From the sequence record SRR20825010_2222: a stretch of DNA of 64,000 nucleotides. The stretch is one strand, 5' to 3'. Both the position numbers and the translations under genes were made by a program. Below the pieces are notes generated by a model that saw nothing but the letters and a program-made list of their open reading frames with translations, was not told the origin of the DNA and did no database searches. Positions 19,769 to 27,546 of this stretch are shown here, in pieces; position 1 is the stretch's first letter; every line of letters begins with the position of its first letter.

Positions 19769-20889
19769 TAACTCTGGATAATTTGTCCATGGGTATTTTT
19801 GATAAGCTTATTTACAATATAGGGAGAATTAGTCAATATCCCCATTGCTAAATTGGATAGCCTTGGATTCAGCAATACCGCTTGCAACTGCCTGCCCATC
19901 CACAACCTCTTGGCAAATATATGCTTCCATTCGGTTTCATAATCCATCTCCAACCTGGACCGATTCTGCATTCCGTTTTTAAAATAAGCATGTATAGCTT
20001 CCGAGGCAATTTTAGCACTATGGATTGCCATGGCCATACCATTGCCGCACAAAGGATGTATAAGACCCGCAGTATCCCCACACATAAAAATATGATTCTC
20101 CACTGGCTTTTTTTTATGAAATGAAATCTGTCCTATGGTCAGTGGTTGCTCAAATAAGATCTCGGCATCATTTAGAAATTTGCCAAGATATGGGTTCCTA
20201 GCAATAGTATTCTGATTAAAACCGGTAATATCCTTCTCTTTTTTAAAACTATCGTAAGAAACCAGATAACAGAAATTTACGGCCCCGTTCTCAGTTTTGG
20301 AAAGTCCCCCGTAACCACCCCTGAAATTATGGATAGCCACTAAGTTATCAGGAAAGGAGTCTAACTTATAATGCGCCTTTACAGCCAACCATGGGGATTT
20401 TTTCTGAATAAAGTAGCGCTTTAGATCCTTGTCCAAAACCCCTCTTTTTCCATAGGCTCCAATAACAAATTTGCTGATGTATTCCTGACCCGATTCCACA
20501 CCGACCCTAAAATTGTCATTTTCATAGCTAATGGAGGTTACACTTTTAGTGAAAACAATTACTCCCAAATCCATTGCCCTTTTGTACAAAAGATGGTCAA
20601 AAGTATATCTACTAAGACCAAAGCCTCCCATAGGCAGTTTAGCCTTCAAGGCCTTCCCCTTTTCTAGACTCAGGAGCATTTCATTAAATTGAAAGGTTTG
20701 TGGCAGTGAAATTCCCAAAAACTCCAAATAAGGAATCACTTCGTTGGAAACATACTCTCCGCAAACTTTATGATGGGGGTATGGTTTACTTTCAAAAACA
20801 GCCACATTGTAGTTTTCCCTTCGCAAGTGTATGGCTGCGGTTAAACCTGCAAGGCCTCCCCCCACAATAATGACATCAAAATTATCCAT
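19768..20889 (-). CDS. FAD-dependent oxidoreductase (geranylgeranyl reductase/monooxygenase-like)
   Basis: GGGLAG, KVCGEY and GDTAG..HPLCGNGM motifs; likely start ATG 20889 because the longer ORF crosses a terminator. Confidence 0.88.
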   Translation of the reverse strand: MDNFDVIIVGGGLAGLTAAIHLRRENYNVAVFESKPYPHHKVCGEYVSNEVIPYLEFLGISLPQTFQFNEMLLSLEKGKALKAKLPMGGFGLSRYTFDHLLYKRAMDLGVIVFTKSVTSISYENDNFRVGVESGQEYISKFVIGAYGKRGVLDKDLKRYFIQKKSPWLAVKAHYKLDSFPDNLVAIHNFRGGYGGLSKTENGAVNFCYLVSYDSFKKEKDITGFNQNTIARNPYLGKFLNDAEILFEQPLTIGQISFHKKKPVENHIFMCGDTAGLIHPLCGNGMAMAIHSAKIASEAIHAYFKNGMQNRSRLEMDYETEWKHIFAKRLWMGRQLQAVLLNPRLSNLAMGILTNSPYIVNKLIKNTHGQIIQS

Positions 20890-20913
20890 CAACAAAAGGT
20901 ACAGAAAATAAAC

Positions 20914-20943
20914 AAAAAAACCCGACGATAGACGTCGGGTTTT
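20914..20943 (-). terminator. Terminator after ompA
   Basis: AAAACCCGACG-ataga-CGTCGGGTTTT; T7 tract on the minus strand. Confidence 0.85.
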
Positions 20944-20959
20944 ATATAAGAAAGTTTTT

Positions 20960-21655
20960 TTACTGTTTCGCTTTTTGGAGGGCTTCCTGTTGTAGAGCTT
21001 CATTGGCCACAATAACCAATTCTACCCTACGGTTTTTAGCTTTACCGGCAGCTGTACTGTTATCGGCCTTGGGTTGCGTCTCACCATACCAGGTTGTAGT
21101 TAACCTACTCCCTGAAATACCATTGGTAATTAAGTAATTGGTTACAGACTGTGCCCGTTGTTTGGATAAGTTTAAATTGTAATCATCGGGTCCGGCACTA
21201 TCGGTATGGCCTTCCACCAATATATTGGTGTCCGGGTATTCTTTTAAGATCCCTACCAATCTATCCAATGTTGTTGCCGAAGTACCCTTAACATCAGATT
21301 TATTGGTGTCAAAATAAACACCGGCATCCTCATTAAAGGTTACATTTATTCCTTCGCCAACCCTGGTAACCTCTGCTCCTGGAATCTCTTCTTCAATTCG
21401 TTCTGCCTGACGGTCCATTCTGTCTCCAATATAACCACCGGCAACACCACCTACCACTGCTCCAATGATGGCTCCCAAGGCTGTATTGTTTCCTTTTCCG
21501 ACATTATTGCCGAGAACACCTCCAATTACCGCTCCGCCGGCAGCACCTGTTGCTGCCCCCCTTTGCTTATGACTTGTATTCTTTACTGCTTGACAGCTAC
21601 TGAACGTAGCTAGAATCATCATTATGGATAAACTACTTACTATTATTTTTTTCAT
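20960..21655 (-). CDS. OmpA family lipoprotein with glycine zipper
   Basis: Lipobox FSSC, Gly zipper, EGHTD, LSKQRA and KNRRVE motifs. Confidence 0.93.
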   Translation of the reverse strand: MKKIIVSSLSIMMILATFSSCQAVKNTSHKQRGAATGAAGGAVIGGVLGNNVGKGNNTALGAIIGAVVGGVAGGYIGDRMDRQAERIEEEIPGAEVTRVGEGINVTFNEDAGVYFDTNKSDVKGTSATTLDRLVGILKEYPDTNILVEGHTDSAGPDDYNLNLSKQRAQSVTNYLITNGISGSRLTTTWYGETQPKADNSTAAGKAKNRRVELVIVANEALQQEALQKAKQ

Positions 21656-21778
21656 TTGATTTCTTGTTTAAAATTAATCCCAAAGTTCTTAGGACGAACG
21701 CATCCATCAGAACAGAAATCATGCCAATTCCGGCTTATCCGTATAGCGGCATGAATATATCTTAATGTTTATTATTAA

Positions 21779-22282
21779 TTACGGTAGATCGTTTTTAGTA
21801 AATTCATAAACCACGGTCAACGGTTGTCCCTCTACAGCTACTTTTGAGGTCAATCTCAGCTGTTGATCGGTGAGTTGTTCAATGTCCAATCTATATCCCA
21901 AACCTCCGGAAATATCCTTATACTTCTCGTCTATAAACTTAAACTGTAACTGACTTGTCATTCCTGGTCTATCCACAACCGACCAACGGATAAAGCGCTC
22001 CGCTCCATCGCAATTACTACCGCCACCCAACATATAACTGCCGGTACTGTTATTGTTTCTAAAAAACCAGGTGCTACCTTCAAAACAAGTAGCATCGGAA
22101 TCATTAAAAAGTACCGATTTAAATTTTCCCTCCCCCCCTTGATAGGAAACATTGTTTAAAATCCAGTTACCGGTCAAAACACTTCTATCTTGCCTTGCCG
22201 CCTTGGATACGGAACAGGAGGTAACGAGACCGGCCATAATCAACATTAAAAATACAAGCTTTCTTAATTGCATAATTTTCAT
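21779..22282 (-). CDS. Lipocalin-like lipoprotein
   Basis: Lipobox VTSC, LTGNW motif, beta-rich sequence; upstream of ompA. Confidence 0.7.
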   Translation of the reverse strand: MKIMQLRKLVFLMLIMAGLVTSCSVSKAARQDRSVLTGNWILNNVSYQGGEGKFKSVLFNDSDATCFEGSTWFFRNNNSTGSYMLGGGSNCDGAERFIRWSVVDRPGMTSQLQFKFIDEKYKDISGGLGYRLDIEQLTDQQLRLTSKVAVEGQPLTVVYEFTKNDLP

Positions 22283-22521
22283 ATTTATAATTTGAACATA
22301 TATACGTTGGAAGTTTGAAAAAAGTATGATGCTCCAGTATTAATTTCAAAGATTTAAACTAATAGCTTCAGGCACAGAATATTCCCAACAATTTATTTTT
22401 TCAAAGTTATTGCAAACGGCGACAATCAGTTTGCTCTTATAAAAAAATAATTGACTTTACCCCAATTGGGAATCAGTGGCAATTACAGGGTACCAGCCTA
22501 ACTATAGCAGATGATATTCCT

Positions 22522-22554
22522 AAAAAAACAAGGGAAAGCATTGCTTTCCCTTGT
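22522..22554 (-). terminator. Terminator of the sigma54/gdh operon
   Basis: ACAAGGGAAAGC-att-GCTTTCCCTTGT; poly-T on the minus strand. Confidence 0.8.
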
Positions 22555-22613
22555 GCATTAACAGCCAAAACTCTAATATTAAAACCAACAAACAGACTGC
22601 TAACAAAACATCT

Positions 22614-22991
22614 TCATAATTTTCCCAAAATCTGGGTATATAGTTTTTCCTTTAATTTGTGTGACGCCTGTAAAATACCCGCATATAGGTTACGATATTC
22701 TTCGTGCTTGTTCACATAGTATATATCGCACTCCATATCTTCGCATTCATGTAAATTGACCATAGAACTCTTATATCTGTAGAATACACCCAGATGCAAT
22801 TTGTTTTCCAAGGTCAATTCTTTCAGGTTACCAATCATATCATCATCATTCGACAATTTCTTGGCGATGTTGATCAAGATTTCCAACTCCCTACCATTGT
22901 TCACCAAATGTTCTATCCAATTGCTCAGCTCCAGGGCATCTTTTTTGGCAATTAACTTATCGTCCGAATCATGCTCATAAAACACTTCCAT
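22614..22991 (-). CDS. Hypothetical helical protein with HECEDMECD motif
   Basis: 125-aa ORF 2 bp downstream of the rnk-like gene. Confidence 0.75.
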   Translation of the reverse strand: MEVFYEHDSDDKLIAKKDALELSNWIEHLVNNGRELEILINIAKKLSNDDDMIGNLKELTLENKLHLGVFYRYKSSMVNLHECEDMECDIYYVNKHEEYRNLYAGILQASHKLKEKLYTQILGKL

Positions 22992-22993
22992 AA

Positions 22994-23413
22994 TTACAAT
23001 AAAATATCAGAGTTAATAGTGTTGTGTTCTTGCTTTACATCTGCCACTTTAAGGGTTTGTTCCCCATTCCTAAACTCCCAAACAATATCATCCCCTTTGG
23101 CATAGCCAATAACGGCCGCCCCCATTGGTGTTAGAATTGAGATTTTACTATTCTTGAAGTCGCCCTGTGATGGAATCACCAATTGGAATTGTTTTGACCA
23201 TCCATTAACCGCTTGGATGGTAACAATGGAATTGAACCTAATGACATCTTTGGGCATTTCCCCCTCATTATAAACAACCGCAGATTTCAACTCTTCAGTC
23301 AACTTTTCAATGGAACTCTTATAAGTATTATCCGTGTAAAACCCGGATACATTTACCAAGCGTTTTAAAAGGACAAATTCCTTCTCCTCCAACACTAAAT
23401 TTCCGTACTTCAT
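22994..23413 (-). CDS. Rnk-like GreA/GreB family protein
   Basis: Short N-terminal helices, MPKDVIRFNS and KISILTPMGAAVIGY motifs. Confidence 0.85.
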   Translation of the reverse strand: MKYGNLVLEEKEFVLLKRLVNVSGFYTDNTYKSSIEKLTEELKSAVVYNEGEMPKDVIRFNSIVTIQAVNGWSKQFQLVIPSQGDFKNSKISILTPMGAAVIGYAKGDDIVWEFRNGEQTLKVADVKQEHNTINSDILL

Positions 23414-23436
23414 AATTCTGTGTTTTTTAATTTTAT

Positions 23437-24720
23437 TTATGGAAAGATCCCTCTTTGAACATAGGCCTTTTCTATTCTCTCAATAGCTATGATATAGGCC
23501 GCAGTCCTCATATCCCCATCCCTATTTTCGGCCGTTTCATAAACCTTTTCAAAGACTTCCTTCATTTTTTTTTCCAGCTTCGCCAATACTTCCTCCAATT
23601 GCCATAATTCTCCGTTTCTATTCTGGAGCCACTCAAAATAACTGCCAATTACACCTCCGGAATTACATAGGATGTCCGGTATAATACCCACTCCATTTTT
23701 CAACAATATCTCCTCACCTTCCACATCGGTAGGTCCGTTTGCCCCTTCCGCTATTAAAAATGCCTTGATCTTAGTTGCGTTCTCAGCTGTAATTTGATTT
23801 CCTAAGGCCGCAGGAATACATATATCGCAGTCCAATTCAAAAAAATGGTCTTTTTCTACAACTTGGGCGTTGTCATAGCCTACAATACTGCCTTTGTTAC
23901 CTTGCATATACTGGTACAACTTGGATACTTCAATACCATCGCTGTTCGTAATACTACCATAAGCATCCTGCACTCCTACCAATTTAGCACCTTCGTTTTC
24001 CAAAAAATAGGCAGTCCAATAACCCACATTCCCAAATCCCTGTACAATAAACCTCTTATTCTTGAGGTCGACCTTTTTCTTGTCGGCCCAATATTTTATG
24101 TTCAGAAAAACACCATAGCCTGTAGCCCTATCCCTGCCTTCAGAACCCCCGGAACCCAAGGGTTTTCCGGTAACCACATGCTGATTTTTAGACCTTTCGG
24201 CCGGCGATTTTGTAGACATATACGTATCCACAATCCAGGCCATGGTTTGTGAATTTGTATTTACGTCCGGGGCAGGTATATCGTGCTCGGGACCAATGTT
24301 ATCACCTAATGCATATGTAAACCTTCTGGTAATCCTTTCCAATTCGGCAGTAGAATATTTGGAGGGATCAATCTGTATTCCTCCCTTTGCTCCACCATAG
24401 GGCAGACCTGCCAAAGAAGTTTTCCAGGTCATCCACATGGCAAGGGCTTTTGCCGCATCAATATCTACGGTCGGGTGATAACGAAGTCCTCCTTTATAAG
24501 GTCCCAAAGCGTTATTGTGCTGTACCCGATATCCGGTAAAAACTTCAACATCCCCATTATCCATTTTAACTGGGAAATGTATCAGCAATTCATTATTGGT
24601 GATGCTAAGTATTTTTCTAATATTACTATTTAGGTTAATAATATCGGCAGCATGATTGAATTGACGCATCACGTTCTCCAACATGCCCTGTTTCGATGCT
24701 GTTTTTGACTTTGTAATCAT
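23437..24720 (-). CDS. gdhA: Glutamate dehydrogenase (Glu/Leu/Phe/Val dehydrogenase family)
   Basis: GPYKGGLRY, GGAKGG, DIPAPD, GFGNVG and EGANGP motifs. Confidence 0.9.
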   Translation of the reverse strand: MITKSKTASKQGMLENVMRQFNHAADIINLNSNIRKILSITNNELLIHFPVKMDNGDVEVFTGYRVQHNNALGPYKGGLRYHPTVDIDAAKALAMWMTWKTSLAGLPYGGAKGGIQIDPSKYSTAELERITRRFTYALGDNIGPEHDIPAPDVNTNSQTMAWIVDTYMSTKSPAERSKNQHVVTGKPLGSGGSEGRDRATGYGVFLNIKYWADKKKVDLKNKRFIVQGFGNVGYWTAYFLENEGAKLVGVQDAYGSITNSDGIEVSKLYQYMQGNKGSIVGYDNAQVVEKDHFFELDCDICIPAALGNQITAENATKIKAFLIAEGANGPTDVEGEEILLKNGVGIIPDILCNSGGVIGSYFEWLQNRNGELWQLEEVLAKLEKKMKEVFEKVYETAENRDGDMRTAAYIIAIERIEKAYVQRGIFP

Positions 24721-24730
24721 AAATTTCTTT

Positions 24731-24898
24731 TTAGAATAATGTCACTTCACTTTTAAAAACCAAATTATTTCTACCAAATACTGCCCTTGAATCCGCTGAT
24801 TCAAATTCATTGCAGTTCCAAATATGTTTTTTGTTTTTTGTAAGTACACATGTTTTGAAATACTCACAACTTGGACATAAACTAGTGCTGTTTCCCAT
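24731..24898 (-). CDS. 55-aa four-cysteine microprotein
   Basis: LCPSCEYFKTC-x11-CNEF; first ORF after the sigma54 promoter, 10 bp before gdh. Confidence 0.65.
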   Translation of the reverse strand: MGNSTSLCPSCEYFKTCVLTKNKKHIWNCNEFESADSRAVFGRNNLVFKSEVTLF

Positions 24899-24926
24899 AA
24901 CCGTGTATTTTAGTAACACGGTAAAG

Positions 24927-24941
24927 GCAACTAGGGTGCCA
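24927..24941 (-). promoter_or_regulatory. sigma54 -24/-12 promoter
   Basis: Minus strand reads TGGCAC-CCTAG-TTGC, a perfect consensus, directly downstream of an NtrC-type gene. Confidence 0.88.
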
Positions 24942-24982
24942 CAAAACCAGAGAGAGAATTATTATGCCCTCAAACAACTGTA

Positions 24983-24995
24983 AATCAATACGTTA
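24983..24995 (+). promoter_or_regulatory. IHF-type binding site
   Basis: AATCAATACGTTA matches WATCAANNNNTTR and lies between the enhancer-like sites and the promoter. Confidence 0.55.
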
Positions 24996-25030
24996 ATTTT
25001 AATTGAACACTGTTCTATTGAATACGAAGA

Positions 25031-25065
25031 TGGGATATTTTCCTCAGTCGGGTAAATACTACCCA
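25031..25065. promoter_or_regulatory. Putative tandem enhancer (UAS) sites for the NtrC-type activator
   Basis: Imperfect palindromes TGGGATATTTTCCTCA and CGGGTAAATACTACCCA, 90-125 bp upstream of -24/-12. Confidence 0.5.
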
Positions 25066-25080
25066 TTTAAAAGAAGGAAT

Positions 25081-26415
25081 TTACTGGATTTTTTGACGCA
25101 ATGTTTTGCGATCTATCTGAAGAATTTCTGCTGCTTTGGATTTATTATTGTCGGTAGCCTCCAACACTTTTAAGATATATTTTTTTTCAACTTCTTTTAA
25201 TGGCAATAGGTTGTCTTCGGGAAAATCTATCTTATATTTCAAATTGTCTGGCAAATTGTCGATTTCGATTCTCTTATCGCACATTATTACAGCCCTTTGA
25301 ATTACGTTTTCCAATTCCCTAATATTCCCAGGCCATGGATACCGCAATAAAAGCTCCAAAGCCTCGGGTGCAATAGTTACCAGTCTATCCTTATACTCCA
25401 CTCCGTATTTTAAAAGAAACTTGTTCACCAACAAGGGAATATCTTCTTTGCGCTCCCGGAGGGAAGGCACATTGATTTCCACAACGGTCAACCTATAATA
25501 AAGGTCTTCCCTAAACAATTTTTTTTGTACTTGGGAATATAAATTGCTATTGGTGGCCGCAATAACCCGGATGTCTATTTTTTCTATTTTTTGAGACCCT
25601 ACCTTCACCACTTCTTTTTCCTGCAAGGCCCGTAACAATTTGGATTGAACGGACAGGGATGCATTGCCTATTTCATCCAAAAATAAGGTACCCTTGTCCG
25701 CTGCCTGAAAAAAACCATTGCGATTTTCATTGGCCCCCGTAAAAGCCCCCTTGGCATAACCAAAAAGCTCGGCTTCCAATAGACTTTCAGGAATGGCCCC
25801 ACAGTTTACCGCAACAAACGGCGCCCTGGAGAATTTTCCCATATAATGTACAGAACGGGCAACCAATTCCTTCCCGGTGCCACTTTCCCCATTAATCAGG
25901 ACCGTTGCCTTGTTGTCTTTCACCCTATCGATAATATCGGTCACTTTTTTTATGGCCTCGGATCTACCAATAAGTTCCCCATAAGCATCAACATTATTAT
26001 TTTTAGAGGCTGAATGACCGTTTGACACTGCCTTGCTAGGGGAATTGCCCTTGAACGATTTTAATACCGCCTGCTTTAATTCCTCTTTGGTAAAAGGTTT
26101 GACCAAATAATCCAAGGCCCCTGATTTTAGAACACTCATTGCGTCATCTACCGACGGATAACCGGTAACCACTAATTTTGGCAACTTGGGATAATGTTCG
26201 GAAACGTATTTAACCAGCTGCAGCCCATCCACATCCGGCATTTTAAGGTCCGTAATCAAAAGGTCTATTTTGGAATCTTTTAATATCACCAAGGCCTCTT
26301 TAACAGAAACAGCCTTATAGGTATGGTAATTAAAAGATTGAAGGTGTCTATGGATCAATTCCAATATATTTACATCATCATCTACGATCAATACATTCTC
26401 TTTATTAAAACCCAT
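25081..26415 (-). CDS. sigma54-dependent response regulator (NtrC family; REC-AAA+-HTH)
   Basis: DDD/DLKMP receiver, GESGTGKE, GAFTGA, WPGNIREL and Fis-type HTH. Confidence 0.95.
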   Translation of the reverse strand: MGFNKENVLIVDDDVNILELIHRHLQSFNYHTYKAVSVKEALVILKDSKIDLLITDLKMPDVDGLQLVKYVSEHYPKLPKLVVTGYPSVDDAMSVLKSGALDYLVKPFTKEELKQAVLKSFKGNSPSKAVSNGHSASKNNNVDAYGELIGRSEAIKKVTDIIDRVKDNKATVLINGESGTGKELVARSVHYMGKFSRAPFVAVNCGAIPESLLEAELFGYAKGAFTGANENRNGFFQAADKGTLFLDEIGNASLSVQSKLLRALQEKEVVKVGSQKIEKIDIRVIAATNSNLYSQVQKKLFREDLYYRLTVVEINVPSLRERKEDIPLLVNKFLLKYGVEYKDRLVTIAPEALELLLRYPWPGNIRELENVIQRAVIMCDKRIEIDNLPDNLKYKIDFPEDNLLPLKEVEKKYILKVLEATDNNKSKAAEILQIDRKTLRQKIQ

Positions 26416-26419
26416 AATC

Positions 26420-27517
26420 TTATATTTTCGGAAAATTAACGGTAAATATAGCCCCTTTAGGTTTGTTGGATCTATACTTTATGGTCCCTTTATGACTTTT
26501 TACTATACCATGAACTACACTTAACCCCAATCCGGAACCTTCACCAACCGGTTTGGTGCTAAAAAACGGTTCAAAGATCTTATCACTAATTTTGGAATCT
26601 ATACCTGGCCCTTCATCCGTGATGCATATTTCAATATTTTTATCGGTTTCCTTTACCTCTATTTTAATCTTGCCTTTAACAGGGGAAAAATAAATGGCAT
26701 TGAGCACCAAATTAAAAACTACCTGGGTCAACTGAATGGTATCTACCCGTAGAAAAATAGGTTGGTCACTCAAATTGAGATGGTGAACAATTTTCTTTTT
26801 CTTAAAACTAGGCTCCATTAAATTAACAGCATTCGTTATTATGGGGCCTATATTGACCAAGGACATCTGCTGGGGCATTTCACAGGCAAAGAACATGAGC
26901 TTTTTAACCACTTCCCTGGAAAATATAGCACTATTTATTATTTTATCGACATCCTTAGCGGCTTGGGTGTCCTGAGTTATCCTAGTTTTTAATAATTCGG
27001 CAAATCCAAGTATATTCGCCAATGGGGTATTTAGTTCATGGGCGATCCCAGCAGTAATTTCACCTAAAATACCAAGGCGATCGGCCCTTTCCATTTTACG
27101 TTTTATAATTATCTCATTGTCCTTGATCTGTTTTCTTTCCAAAAGATTGCCCACCTCCAAACACACATTTTGAAGCAATTTTTCTTCTTCCTGCAAAAAG
27201 TCATCCTTGGTATATTTTGGCCCGGGATAGGCCACGTGTATTTCACCTACTTTCTTATTAAAAACCATAACATTGGACTCCAACGACACAGGATCATCCG
27301 GAAAATCTGGCGTGACTATATTATACTGGTCAGAAATGAGTTTCACTTGGGCAACGTCACTAAAAAGCCAAGCCTTCTGCAAACAATGTAGAATTCCCTT
27401 CAGGGCATCTTCAACCTGTTCATAGTCGCAATTCACGATTATAGAGGTTACCTCATATAAACAAGTAAGCTCCTTTATACGCTCCTTGAGTTTTTCTTCT
27501 GCTGTAATCATCTGCAT
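26420..27517 (-). CDS. Cytoplasmic sensor histidine kinase
   Basis: AHELNTPL H-box, N box, DEGPG and GSGLGL; no TM segment; N-terminal LKERIKELTCLY coil; start uncertain (27511-27526). Confidence 0.9.
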   Translation of the reverse strand: MQMITAEEKLKERIKELTCLYEVTSIIVNCDYEQVEDALKGILHCLQKAWLFSDVAQVKLISDQYNIVTPDFPDDPVSLESNVMVFNKKVGEIHVAYPGPKYTKDDFLQEEEKLLQNVCLEVGNLLERKQIKDNEIIIKRKMERADRLGILGEITAGIAHELNTPLANILGFAELLKTRITQDTQAAKDVDKIINSAIFSREVVKKLMFFACEMPQQMSLVNIGPIITNAVNLMEPSFKKKKIVHHLNLSDQPIFLRVDTIQLTQVVFNLVLNAIYFSPVKGKIKIEVKETDKNIEICITDEGPGIDSKISDKIFEPFFSTKPVGEGSGLGLSVVHGIVKSHKGTIKYRSNKPKGAIFTVNFPKI

Positions 27518-27546
27518 ATTGATCAATTTTAATTTTCGGGAGATAT

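Noticed and set aside
20890-21012. Longer N-terminus of the FAD oxidoreductase
   Set aside because: It overlaps ompA and its terminator; the Rossmann motif starts right after ATG 20889
21712-21726. sigma54-like TGGCATGATTTCTGT upstream of ompA (minus strand)
   Set aside because: The -12 GC is missing and the site overlaps a hairpin arm; too weak to call
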